A stretch of DNA of 64,000 nt from Octopus vulgaris (GCA_951406725.2 OX597816.1:113088001-113152000), one strand, 5' to 3'; positions 1-12,649 are shown, counted from the first letter of the stretch. The notes: generated by a model not told the origin, from the sequence alone. Numbers and translations: made by a program.

Positions 1-413
1 GATAGGTTTCATCATTTTTGTAATTAGTGCCTTAATAACATTATGTTAAATTTATAAAATAATAACAATAAATAAGTTTAAGGAGTTGACATTTTAAAGA
101 AGTTAATGCAGTATTAATTATTGAAAATTGAACTAAGTATAAAAACATTTCCAAACACTACTTTTTTGAAACAGGTTGCTGCACTTCTGACTTGTTGCAT
201 TTACATATTGTTACTTGTTTAAAGTATTTACAGCCTCATCTGTCGCTACTTCTAGCATGGATAATGTATCACTATACGTATCTAGTAAAATATAACTTAC
301 AAAATTATTTCTTGTGGTAACAACTTAAGACATATAACTCAATTATCGAAATAATTATTCACTCGTATCATAAAAGGTGTTTTTGTCTTTCTTATTTTTT
401 CTTACTCCTTTAG

Positions 414-726
414 AGAACTATACACACACATACATACATACACACATACTCGCACACACTCACAACATATAAATATATATATATATACACACGTGTGTGT
501 GCATGTATATGTGTATGTATGTACATACAAGTGTGTCTGTATGTATGTATTGTAGCTGAAAACGTTTCTTTGTTTTATTGTTGTATTTTTTTTAGTGAAA
601 ATGGGCTGGGAAAGTATTCTGTAACAGGAAAGAGAACTTTGTGGAGGAGGGGTGGGGGACGTGAGAAAGTAGGCTATTTTGAAATAATGTAGAGTCTCTA
701 AATGGAGGAAAGGGTGGTGCAAAATG
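414..726 (+). other. Possible upstream non-coding (5'UTR) exon
   Basis: Long pyrimidine tract (~380-410) ending in TAG at 411-413, and a donor-like ATG|GTAAAT at 724-732. Splice motifs only. Confidence 0.2.
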
Positions 727-1158
727 GTAAATCATTCAGAATGAACAGCATGAATGGAATCTTTATTGTTAGTATATATATATATACTTATATATATATA
801 TGAGAAATGTGAGGTGAACTATTTCAAAACAAATTTTGAAGTATTTATTCTTTGATAAATACTTAATGTAGATAAAGATTTCCTATAATTCTTATAAGCT
901 ATGAAAATTGGGCACATAATTTTGACATTTGAGTAAGAATATATATTTTTTTAAAACTTGATATGACCTAATATCCCATTGACACAAATTCATTTCACTT
1001 CATCCATCATCTCATGTTATTCTTCTATATAGTCCACATGTCTTTCAAATTACATAGCTACAAGTTTACTTGCTGCATTTATATGATGTACATATTAAAA
1101 ACACAATTTTATTTCAAATGATCGTAAATATTGTCAACTTATAGTTAATATAATCAAA

Positions 1159-2587
1159 ATGGGTAATAAGTCTTCATTACTCTATGAACGACAGGCTGGG
1201 TTATCAGGTGAAAGACGAGATCGAAGCTGGTCTTTTACAGGCAATATGGGTTCACCAACATTGTCTGGTTTAAAAGCTTCAAGAAGTCGAGCAATGTCTT
1301 TGTCTCAAAATCCTAGGCAATCTGGTAATTCCCAGAAACACCTTAGGCTACCTGGTCACTTACATATATCTAGTCCATTGGAAATACAATCAAAAATTAA
1401 TTCCATGGATTCTATGCGCTTAGTATCTAGCAGTTCTTTAACTAATGTTAATCAACCACATTCATGGACTCTTGGAAAATCTGATGCATGGGATTCACCA
1501 TGCATCAAGAATCACCATGCAAGAAATGCTAATACTCAACAACAACAACAATTCCAAAATTGGTCAAGCAAGTATGCCACAAATAAAAAACTGGACTTGC
1601 AAAATGAGAAGAAAGTAAGCATTAAAAAGCGATCAGCTCATGCAAGCGATAGCAACAAACAACCTGTTTGTTCTTCCCACCAGAATTCTGTACAAATGCA
1701 GTGTTGTTCTGATGATGTGTTAGATATAAAAGAAGATATTCTCTATGAAGGATTCAGACCTCGAACTAACTCAACATCAATCATAGAAATGGGTAGGAAA
1801 CATCGCAGTCGTGTTGTAATGGGAGCTGCCAGTGCTAATCTTCGAAGACAGCTACATACAAGCCATACAGCCATTGACAAAAATTCTCAAGATTCTCCCA
1901 AAAATATGAATCATTGTGCTGGAGATTATGTTGAACTTGATCCTCGGCAAACAATGTTTCATGAGCAACAGAATTTTACCAATGAACAAGTATACTTGCG
2001 GAAAGAAGGCAGATCTAGGGCAATGAATGAAAATAAGACTATAGATGATGTTTGTTTTCAACTGCCACCAACAAACACTTCTAGGACTACTCTTACACCA
2101 AAACTTTGGGCAGGTAAAACTCTTCTTCCAGATATTCATGAAGAAAAAATTCTAAGTTCTAGTGTGCCAAATTGCAATTATGACTCCTTACTTAAGAATA
2201 TTCCACAACAGAAGAGTCCAGGTATTTCTCCACTTACTCATGGCATTTCTTCAGTGAGAAACACTGATTTTATGAGGAAAAGAAGTTGTAGCATATCACA
2301 TACTCCAGAATTTAGTGCACATCAGCAAATGCATTGGAATCTACCTCCAAATGCATTTGGAGAAGTTAATAACCGAGAAATTCTCATTCATTATAGCCCA
2401 TCTTCGGTGCGCAAATTTCCTAGAAAATTATCTGTTCCAATATTAATGACACCTAAAACTAGAATTGTTCCGGATAAGGAACGACTGTGGAATTATAATG
2501 TGACTCTTGGTGATTCTTGTCCTAATCTTACCATTTCATCAAATAATAGCCTTGGACATGGACTTTACCTGAGCCAGAACAATAAAG
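1159..2587 (+). CDS. Large (probably first) coding exon of an unidentified gene; Ser/Asn/Gln/His-rich, likely disordered, putatively N-myristoylated protein
   Basis: A 485-codon stop-free ORF in very AT-rich DNA. The start context CAAAATGG is strong and the N-terminus is MGNKSS. A splice donor AAG|GTAAAC (GT at 2588-2589, phase 1) is followed by a sharp shift to T-rich sequence. A possible acceptor TTATAG lies at 1139-1144. No recognisable folded domain. Confidence 0.8.
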
Positions 2588-2828
2588 GTAAACTTCTTTA
2601 TTTAATTTTCCTTTAATAAATTAGAAAATTATAACTTGCATTGAAATCACCTTTGTATCCTTTTTTCTTAATGCAGCAAAATAATTTTGATATATATTTT
2701 AGTGCTACCTGGTAGAAGATGACGCTGAAGCGCAGAAATTTTAATGTCAATATGCATACATGATTTTTCAATATTTTTTAATTTTTTAAATGATACTAGA
2801 GATTATTATTATCATTATTATTATTATT

Positions 2829-3058
2829 AAGAAAGCAAGTGAGCAGAATTGTTAGCACACTGAACAAAATGCTTAGGGACATTTCTTCCAGCTTTATGTT
2901 CTGGGTTCAAATTTTACCAAGGCTGACTTTGCCTTTCTTCTTTTAGGGTCAATAAGATAAGTGCCAGTTGAGTACTGGAGTTGATATTAATCAACTAGCT
3001 CCGCTCCCTAAATTTCAGGTCTTTTGCCTATAGTAGAAAGGATTATTATTATTATTAT
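2829..3058 (+). mobile_element. tRNA-derived SINE with Meta-type central domain (family B), copy 1
   Basis: Head GCAGAATTGTTAGCAC...GGGTTCAAAT (box B), central GACTTTGCCTTTC...GGGGTCAATAA..AAGTGCCAG, and an (ATT)n tail. Similar to 3066-3280 and 59040-59190. Confidence 0.75.
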
Positions 3059-3065
3059 AATTGTT

Positions 3066-3290
3066 AAGGCAATGAGCTGTCAGAATCATTAGCATGCCAG
3101 GCAAAATGCTTAGCAGCATTTCGTCCCTCTTTACATTCTGAGTTCAAATTCCACCAAGGTCGCCTTTGCCTTTCAGCTTTCAGGGTCAATTAAATAAATA
3201 CCAAGTATGCTCTAAGGTCAATGTAATCGACTTAATCTTCTCCCCCAAGCTGCCCTTGCACAAAAATTTGAAATCCTTATTATTATCATT
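3066..3290 (+). mobile_element. tRNA-derived SINE (family B), copy 2, tandem to copy 1
   Basis: AAGGCAATGAGCTGTCAGAATCATTAGCATGCCAGGCAAAATGCTTAGC...GAGTTCAAATTCC..GGTCG.CTTTGCCTTTC, with an (ATT)-type tail. Confidence 0.75.
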
Positions 3291-3918
3291 ATACATTTTG
3301 CTCTGTGTGAATGCATACATTGAATATTCCACTATATTCACTATAAAACTATATCCTATAACCACACTTCTTGTTAATCTAATTTATGCAAGAAAGCTGT
3401 AACTACCTAAATTGTATAATTACCTATAAAACATAACAATACCAGTTTTGATCTGTAATTTATAATTATTTACTCATAAGCAGTGCTTGACTTTATTATT
3501 TTATTATTATTATATCATCATCATTATTATCATTACCTATTTTTTATTTATTCACTTTTGTCTCTTAAATTAATTGTATTTTTCTACCTTAAGAAAGGTT
3601 TACAAATACTTTTATGTCTGTTGTAAAACAGTGAAGTAGCTTCATGATAAAACATTAAAACTGTTCTCATCACATCAGGATTTTTTCATACTTGTTTTAA
3701 ACTTTTCAAATTTAAATGATACACTAGTGAAGGTATCAATTTTCCATGACATAAAATGGATGTCATTCTTATCATTTTGTCAAGGAAGTAATAAAAAACA
3801 AAGAAAATAAAATAATTTTCAAATGTATTAAAATGTCACTAGAGAAACTTATTAAAACTCCCTCTGCCTCCCCCTCTCTCTCTCTCACTATATATATATA
3901 TATATATATACATATAAT

Positions 3919-4142
3919 TATCACTATCATCATTTAATGTCTATTTTACATGCTGGCATGGGCTGGATGGTTTGACTGGAGCTGGTAAGGCCAGGAGCTG
4001 CACCAAGTTCCATTGTCTGTTCTGACATAGTTTCTATGACTGGATGCCCTTCCTAATGCCAACCATTCCACAGAGTGTACTGGGTACTTTTTATATGGCA
4101 TCAGCACCAGTGCTTTTAACATGGCACCAACACCAGTACCAG
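3919..4142 (-). mobile_element. RTE-type 3'-end repeat fragment
   Basis: Reverse complement of TGGTTGGCATTAGGAAGGGCATCCAG...CCATGCCAGCATG...(GAT)n, the tail shared with 10980-11598 and 27525-28171. Confidence 0.65.
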
Positions 4143-4196
<54 letters not shown>

Positions 4197-7094
4197 ATAC
4201 TTGTATGCATTTCAGCCCAAAGAGACTTATTCTTTAAAGCTGTTAGTCTGTAATTTAAAGCTTTGGTTACAGTCAGATGCTTTTAATTTCTTATAAAATG
4301 TATATTCAAGATATCTAAATTTCGTATTCACTTGTGATAAATGGAATAGCTATCTTCATGCTACCAGAATAATTTTGAAAAGCAAATGATAAAAATCATA
4401 TTCTGAATCATCCCAATAAAAGTATATTCTAATATGGGACAAAGTTACTAAATACTCTCTTTAATAACAAAGTAGTGATTATTTTTCTAAAACTATCTTG
4501 TATACATCCCACATGTTTACTCTTAGAGCTCATAAAATAATTCCTTAAAGGTTTGGTCATGCTGCTTTCCTGTGCCAAAACACACTTTTATATTGTACAT
4601 GAAATGGTTGTCTCAATTCAAAGACATTGAAATTAGTTCTGCTGCCAAGATGTTTAGATGAATTAAATAAAGGTTTCTCTAGATTATATTGTTACAATTT
4701 CCTTTTATTTGTGAATTTGACCATTAATGTAAATTATGTTTAAAATGGAATAAATTTTTTTATTGTCAATGGAATTTGTTTTAGCTATGATTTATACCTA
4801 AGTTGGCATTCTTTGAGCAAACATCAAAAGTTATTCGAATGTGTGACCGCCTTATCTATTTTTTCCAAGAATTGTGTCATCTGAACTACATTATTCAATG
4901 TGCCATTTTTTTTAATTAGAAAAACTATTGGATAGTTTTGAGAAAAAAATTATGGCTATTTCTAGCAGGTTCAGTGACTATAATTGTTAGTATAAGTATT
5001 ATGATTGATTTAATCAATTGTTCTATTTCTCTTGAATTTCTGTCATGTGATGAAGAAGTTTATTTTGCAATTACACATGTTTCAAGTTCTAATCACTAGA
5101 TGCAGCATCTTAGGGAAATGTCTTCAGGTCAATCTAAGTTTTCTGAGTGAAACTGGGTTGACAAAAACTGTGCAGAAGCTCATTGTAGTACACCTATTCT
5201 GTGGTATTATTGCATAACCTAATTTTACCTCACTACCTGATCCTTAGGTGCATTTAGCAGTTTACACTGTGCTACAAGTATTCAAACCAGGTCTCTAGTC
5301 TGTTGGTTGCTTAATATCTTATGGTTCTGTTTCCTATTGAGGAAGAAAAAGAAAAACTAGGGTTTCTTCTTTACTTTTACTTTCATCTGTTTAGGGGTCT
5401 CAGGAAAGATCATGAGTGCTGGCCTTTCTCCCCTAAACAAACAAAAATAAAGCCAAAAAGAAAAAAACATTCTATTTCTATAGTCATCATTTACAAAGAA
5501 ATTTCATTTTTTTTTTTTTTTTTCAAATGTAGCCTAAATATATTTCATAAAATAAAATGTACATATTGTTTATAGTTGAGCATGTTTATACAAAGAATGA
5601 CTCTTTTCTTCAACATGGAAATTAAATCAACATCATTTACTATATTCAATAGTCATCATGCTGAAATTTGAACTAATGTAAGCATCTCAGTTACTGACAA
5701 GCCCTCTTCAAGCAGTAACATACCATTCCTGTAATAAACTGAATGCTTGATGGTGACCAATCCCCAAACTCAATGTACTAAATAGCATCTTTTATAAAAC
5801 TTCAATGTTTTTTTTATATGATGACAAAAAACTTATCTCAACAGAATTAGAACTTAGAAGTGTTATCAAAGAACTGATTAATCATCCTCTTTAGCCATGC
5901 ATTCTATTAGTGAGCCATCATCTTTTCTTAGACCTAGCATATCACATGTAGTTTCACTTATTAGCTTAGGCAAACTTATTTGCTCAGTCAACATGTTTTT
6001 GATATGATATTGGGCATGTTTTCATGTTATTCCAACACTAAGGATTTCATTGAAGAAAAATTTAATTCCTTTATTAGTAAGTTGTGTCATTTAGAAAATT
6101 ATTCAGTTTGGAAGTATGTGTCACTTATTTCAAGCAGTGCAGTAAGTTCAATCTGATATTGAATTAAGTATTGAGCTACTTTCTTTCAGCTGAATTCTGT
6201 ACATGAAGGCAGGAAGGACATAAAACTTGTATGAGATGGTATAACAGTCGTATCTAAGGGTAATTTGAACAGCAAAACTAACCAAATTTCTGCAGTGGAT
6301 AATATTCATAACAAGCAATACTAAAAAAAAAAATATCCATAGTTGCAACTACTATCAGCTGAATTGGGGCTTTCTCACAAAGCCTTCATAATTGGGCAAA
6401 ATTTGAATTTATGTTTTATAAGTCAAATTATTTATTTTAAACTTGCTAAAAATTTTGGGGAAAGACCTTTGACTCTGGAAACAAAACAGAGCTGCTAAAA
6501 GGAAACAAACCACTAACCTCTGCTGATTGTTCAGGAATGTATTAACTCATCTACTCTCTAAACTATACCTATTTAAAAACATCCTTATGTGTAGTTAGTG
6601 TTGAAAAAAAACACCCCAAGTATTTTTTTTCATATTACAGTACTATTAAACATGTGAACTAAAAGTTTTGTTTGCTATTTCAATGTGGGCAAACTATTTC
6701 TAATTTCCTGTTTTCTGTGCTTATAATAAACAAGTATAAACTGTTTTATACTATTTAACTGCATGAATAAATGCTTACACAACTTCTCATTACTAATACC
6801 ACAGACTTTAGAAAGACCTATCCATTTTGTTTATTATAGTATGACAATTGATAAAGTCTTCTCTTCTGTAACCTATGTTCAAATACATTGACTTCAGTCT
6901 CATGACCTGCTTTATACTATTTCCAGTTATTCTCTTGCTAACTTCCACTAAATTATTGGGAATTTTGTATCTGTGTTTTGGTTACAATCAACTTTCTAAA
7001 ATGTGAACTTCACCTCTACTATCGTTCCTAATATTATCTTTTACAAAATGATTGCTGTTTACACTAGTGATGTTGACTCCAAATCTTTGCTTTA

Positions 7095-7310
7095 TCACAA
7101 GCCTATGAGCTCATTAGACCAGAGCTTATCATAGTTTCCATGTCATCTAAGTAACTGAGAGTACAATAATCTCCTTGAATGGACACCAGTCCATTGCAGA
7201 GTTAATTCCCAGCTGCTACTGGTATTCATTTTCAGTTGAGTGAACTGGAGCAGTATGAATTGAAATGCTTTTCTAAAGAAGCCCCTGCATCACTTGGTCT
7301 TGAAAATGAG
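7095..7310 (-). mobile_element. Degenerate tRNA-derived SINE (family C-like)
   Basis: The minus strand reads TGCTCCAGTTCACTCAACTGAAAATGAATACC...TGCAATGGACTGGTGTCC, matching the body of 10645-10890. Confidence 0.55.
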
Positions 7311-7620
7311 ACCCTAATGGCAATGTCACATACTTTCTCAAACTTAGAGCAGTCTTGGGTATGGAAGTCATAGAGTTCATGATCTTGTGACACTGCTCAC
7401 CCAACTTATAAACTGATGGTCTTTGATATGCATTACTTCAATGTCTGCACAAAACAAAAAACATGAGTGCAAGTGGAATTTAAAAAGGATGCAGTTCTCC
7501 AGCCACACAACCACTTTTGAGCCTATACACATACATATCTGCCTGTCTGTCTATCTATCTAGCTATTCATCCATATATATAAGAGAACAAAGTGTACGTA
7601 TGCCGCTATATATATATATA

Positions 7621-7958
7621 TGTATGTATCAAATACAAAATGGGACAAGAATGCAAAACATCCGAACAACTAGATGATACAAAAAGGGACAACAAAACAT
7701 CCAGATAGACAATACAAAATAACAAGGACGGATCATTCAAAGCCTTTTATCCTCAGTCAAGAACCGGATCATCCTCGCAATTTTGGCTTCTTGAGCAGCC
7801 GAAATTGTGAGGATGATCCAGTTCTTTACTGAGGATAAAAAGCTTTGAATGACCTGTCCTTGTTTTTATGCATTGTCTATCTGGATGTTTTGTTGTCCCT
7901 TTTGTATCACCTAGTTGTTTGGATGTTTTGCGTTCTTGTCCCATTTTGTATTTAATAC

Positions 7959-7963
<5 letters not shown>
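7621..7963. mobile_element. Fold-back (palindromic) element within (TA)n; probable Penelope-like inverted terminus
   Basis: Arms 7621-7788 and 7797-7963 are reverse complements (~15 differences in ~168 bp by manual alignment), with an 8-nt loop and (TA)n on both sides. Confidence 0.7.
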
Positions 7964-8017
<54 letters not shown>

Positions 8018-8299
8018 CAGTGTTGCAAAATGGGTTACAAATGAGCTTTGTAAAGAATCAGAAATGAGTCAATGCTGAAGTATTTTCTGTCTTAGAAGTA
8101 TAGTCTTTGAGCAATTGTTTGGGCTACATTGTATGTATTTGTTCTGTTGTTCATCCATTTTGTAATCATTTTTCCAACATGGGTTGTAGGGATATATTAT
8201 TGCTCTATTGCTTTAAAGTTGGATGCCCTTCCTGACACTAAGCCTTACCTATTTTGGAAGTAAAGGATTTCACACGTCATCAAAGGTGCTAAGTGACTG

Positions 8300-8461
8300 A
8301 CACACACACACATACACATATGTATGACAGGTTTCATTCAGTTTTTGTCTACCAAATTCACTCTCCAGGTTTGGGTTCACCTGATGCTACAGTAGAAAAA
8401 ATTTACTCTGATGTGACTTGGAAGTAAACATTTTAACCACAAAACCATGCCTCCACATATG

Positions 8462-8503
<42 letters not shown>

Positions 8504-8640
8504 TCTTTTATTTGTTTTTGTCATTTGGCTGCAGTCATGGTGAAGCACCACCTTGGAGGGTTTTAGTCAAACAAATTGACCCCAGGATTTATTTCTTAAG
8601 CCTAGTGCTTATTCTATCGGACTCTTTTACTGGACTGCTA
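8300..8640 (-). mobile_element. Two degenerate family-A SINE pieces separated by (TG)n
   Basis: TTCAGTTT..TCTACCAAATTCACTC and GCAGTCATGGTGAAGCACCACCTT...GACCCCAGG match the reverse complement of 49372-49812. Confidence 0.55.
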
Positions 8641-10306
8641 CTTCACCATATGATTGGGAAGCAATCTTACCATACAGTCACCATGAGAAATCATCACAGA
8701 CCTTAAAATTTGAGGGATTTGTGTTGACCATATGTAAAGGAGATGTGGTACAAAATAGTCTTTGTCATCTTGAAGTAAACCAAGTATATTTTGATGTTGG
8801 GAAGAAACTGACTGGTTTCTAGATTTATCCATTTGACAATGTAAATCTCTGAAACTGTGGTTCTGCTTTGCATCAGTCTTACAGAATTATTGTTGGCAAT
8901 ACCATATCATTTATTTTATTCATTTTGTTTGTTTGTTTTTTAAGGAAAAGAAAAATTAATAAAATAAGTTCTAAGTCTGTTAAACTACAAAAACAATAAC
9001 TTGATTTGCTCCTGAATGTCATAATACTCCATTGACTTGACCTTCCTGTCAGTTTTCTCATTGGTTGAATATTCTCTCACTCTCACTTTTATGATTTTGC
9101 TTTCATCTACTTCTACCACAATCTAATTTATTTTTTTCTAAATTCTTTTTATAAAAAATTCAATTTCTTTATTTTTCTTTTATACATCGCAGTAATATTT
9201 TTTGAAAAACTATTTTCTCTGACAAACTATTTTTCAATGGACATTATTAAACTTTTCACTATATTTATTGTTTTTATTTTTTCCCTTTTTCTTTTTTTCC
9301 ACTGAAAATCAATCTGATCATATTTGTAGATCAGTTTTATATACATTTTAAAATCATTGCTGTTGCACTTAGCATGTGGAGAAGAATAAATTGTTCAATA
9401 TGATTGGTTGGATCATACCTGCCATTGCTTAGCAACAAAAATATAAACAGTTATGGAGATAATGTAATTATTGATTTCAGTCAATAACATTAATGCACTC
9501 TCTAAAGCAAATAAAAGTAGCATATATTTAGAAATATGTAAACATATTTAAGATTTGTATAAGAACACACATTCTAAAAGTGTAACATACTTTTGTTTAG
9601 AGTAAACAAAAGCAGTTATGGCTTGCCCCAGTCTGTAGAGTATGTAACTTTGTTACCAATCAAAATAAATATTGTTAATTGTTATAACTTTCTACTGATT
9701 TAAGTTCTAGGCTCCACTATTTAACTTTGGTTCCCCTTTTGATTTTCTTAAATAGCTTTTCACTATTATTTGAGATTTTTGCACTGATTTTACTCATGAG
9801 GCTATGTATAGCCTCATATTTATTTTGGATGGGAACTTAGATTGTGTGACAGTCATGCTTTTCTATAATACATTAACAATATGAGTGATACACCTATACC
9901 CTGAATAAAGCAAGTTCATGGTAACTGCTTGCTTCATCTCTCCTCTACTGCACAGTATTGCAATTATAAACAATGAAATTTAATTATAGTTTATCTCGAA
10001 GAAGGCTGTTGAATTATAAATACTTTAAAATTATGAACACATGAAAATAATTTTATTTTACCTTTTTATTACTATGATAATGATGATGATTACAGAGCAG
10101 TTTGAATATAATCTATGTTTCTATTGTGAAAAATAGTGCTTCTCAAGGTGAGAAATGCCATTCCCTGAAGTGGGATTGAAATTTTTAGATGAATACAGGT
10201 GACAAAAAGGATAGTAGTGGAATGATAGAACATCTGTGCAGTTTTTTTTTCAATCTTTGCTATTTAAATATGAACTTTATATATTGATTGATATATATAT
10301 ATATAT

Positions 10307-10581
10307 TTTATATTATATTGAGGGTACTACTATTCGTAGATACCAACACACTAAGAGGGACCAATGCGGTCAAAACTACTAAAATAAACATATTTTATTT
10401 TATTTTAGTAGTTTTGACCGCATTGGTCCCTCTTAGTGTGTTGGTATCTACGAATAGTAGTACCCTCAATATAATATAAATGAATATTTTCAAAGAGGAA
10501 GAATTTACGGATTTTTTCTCTTACGAGGTTTTTCACGCTGACTACTGATAATTTCTTTTAAAGATTTTATCCTCAATTGTT
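10307..10581. mobile_element. Perfect 82-bp inverted repeat plus ~100-bp unpaired tail within (TA)n; probable Penelope-like terminus
   Basis: 10307-10388 is the exact reverse complement of 10399-10480. The tail (10481-10581) is followed by A-run/(TA)n, and (TA)n also lies upstream. Confidence 0.7.
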
Positions 10582-10633
<52 letters not shown>

Positions 10634-10644
10634 ATACATACAGC

Positions 10645-10890
10645 GGAGGTGCATGGCTTAGTGGTTATGGTGTCAGCATCATGATCATAAGATTGTGGTT
10701 TCAATTCCTGGACCAGGCGACACATTTTGTTCTTGAACAAAACACTTCATTTCACGTTGCTCCAGTCCACTCAGCTGGCAAAAATGAGTAATGCTGCGAT
10801 GGACTGATGTCCCATTCAGCTGGGGAACACATACTCCATTGAAACCGGGAAACCCATGAGCCTGGCTAGGCTTTAAAAGGGCACATTTAT
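10645..10890 (+). mobile_element. tRNA-derived SINE (family C)
   Basis: Box A TGGCTTAGTGG, box B GTTTCAATTCC, a CORE-like TTCTTGAACAAAACACTT segment, then a GCTGCGATGGACTG segment resembling the V-SINE domain. Confidence 0.75.
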
Positions 10891-10912
10891 TATATTATTT
10901 TTACATACATAA

Positions 10913-10965
<53 letters not shown>

Positions 10966-10979
10966 TATATATACAAATA

Positions 10980-11598
10980 TGCTGTGCTTGAGAAGACTCG
11001 GCAAGCACAAGTGAGACCATAACTTTGTGGCCTATGCCAGGGGTGTAACCAGTCCACTTATGCATACCTTTCCTGCATTGGACACTAAACTCTGCTTGCG
11101 AAGACCTGTTGAGTCAAGTGAAATCGAAATCAAATTCGATGACTGGCATCTGTGCTAGTGGAGCACTAAGAGTACCATATGAGTGTGATCGTTGCCAGAG
11201 CAACAAGCTGGCCTCCATGCCGATGGCATGTAAAAAGCACCATTCAAGCGTGGTCGTTACTTGCATTGCCTTACTGGCACTTGTGCTGTTGGCACGTGAA
11301 AAAACATTCGAGCAAGGTCATTGCCAGTGCTGCTGGACTGGCTCCTGTGCAGGTGGCACATATAAAGCACCATTTGAGCGTGGCTTTTGCCAGTACTGCC
11401 TGACTGGTCCTTGTGCTGGTGGCACATAAAAGCACCCACTACACTCTTGGAGTGGTTGGTATTAGGAAGGATATACAGCTGTAGAAACTCTGCCAAATCA
11501 GATTGGAGTCTGGTGCAGCCATCTGGTTCGCCAGACCTCAGTCAAATCGTCCAACCCTTGCTAGCATGGAAAGTGGATGTTAAACAATGATGATGATG
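10980..11598 (+). mobile_element. RTE-type 3'-end (non-autonomous) element with internal ~65-bp tandem array
   Basis: GC-rich relative to flanks. About 5 units of GCCAG..CTGGC..GTGC.GGTGGCAC.TAAAAGCACC, followed by the tail GGTTGGTATTAGGAAGG...GCTAGCATGGAAAGTGGATGTTAAAC(GAT)n. Confidence 0.7.
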
Positions 11599-12442
11599 GT
11601 AATATATATATATTTAATGCCTGGTAGCTGTAAGTGGTGAACATTCTCTCAAAGCATACTACTAGGTACGTACCTAAAAACAAGGTTTAGATACTATCTC
11701 TTAAACATAACCTATATATAACAGTAAGCTATTTGTTAGTCACGATCAAAACATTCATGACAATAACAATAATGAAAGACTTTGAAAGAAACAAAACTGA
11801 ATATATGCTATCTATGCATGCAAATAATTAAAGTGATTTAAATGATACTGTCAAAAGTTGTAATTATTTCTATGCATGTAATAAAGATGGCCACTTCATT
11901 TGTAGTGTTAGTTAATTAACATTTTGACATCTATGCATGCACACACAAAGATACACATTTTTACATATATATATAGACATATGCATATTTGTATATTGTA
12001 TGTTTAATTTTGCTGAATTTTATCTAGGGAACATTGAGAAAGTGCTAATAAAAGAAAGTGGGTTTATAGTTAAAGCAATTTCAAGTTTATAGTTAAAGCA
12101 AATTTCTTTGTCATGTATAGGGTAATTCAACAAAATTATTTGATAATCAAGTAGAAAGTTTTCACAAGCTGTTGTGATATTTAAAGTAGGATGATTTAAT
12201 TCAAGATATTTCAAGTGTTTTCCTCATTTAGTACATGAATAAGATTGTTACTATTTTTGTGCCTGTTTTTTCTTTAGTGCCATCCATGGGTTCAAGGAGA
12301 CAGCATTGTATGGCTAAACACTCTTCCTATCACCAATCCTTACTTGTTTTCACTGATTGAAACTGATGAAACCATAGTGGTTTTGTTTCTGATCAAACTA
12401 AAAACTGTTGATCTAACATTGTTTACAAGTGATGTGAAAAAC

Positions 12443-12649
12443 GAGTCTAGGACATTTATCCCCCCATGGACAATGACCCCCCCCCCCCCCAGGAGAATTA
12501 CTCCTGAGGGTAACAGATGATGATTTAGAACTTCTTAATATATTGGAGAAGGGGTAATTAACCAAGGGGGGGGGGGGGGGTAACTGTCCTAGGAGGTAGA
12601 TGTCATCAGGGGGAATTGTCATATGGTGGGGAGTAATTGTCCTGATATG
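12443..12649. mobile_element. Mutator/Foldback-like MITE with 9-bp target-site duplication
   Basis: GTGAAAAAC at both 12434-12442 and 12650-12658. GGACAATT.CCCC-type motifs repeat on the left and their complements GGG..AATTGTCC on the right. Contains C14 (12477-12490) and G15 (12566-12580). Confidence 0.7.

Noticed and set aside
1159-1380. Loose resemblance of the N-terminus to myristoylated proteins such as ZNRF1/2 or Tiam/Still life
   Set aside because: Only short generic motifs are shared and no diagnostic domain is present in the window, so no gene symbol was assigned.
1852-2139. 95-aa antisense ORF
   Set aside because: Shadow of the + strand exon with no independent support.
7829-7862. 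CTGAGGA...GAAT...GTC hammerhead-like string in the 7.6-kb hairpin
   Set aside because: GAAA is absent and stems I and II do not pair.
11109-11590. Overlapping 67-106-aa ORFs
   Set aside because: They lie within the GC-rich RTE-type tandem array and have no protein-like features.
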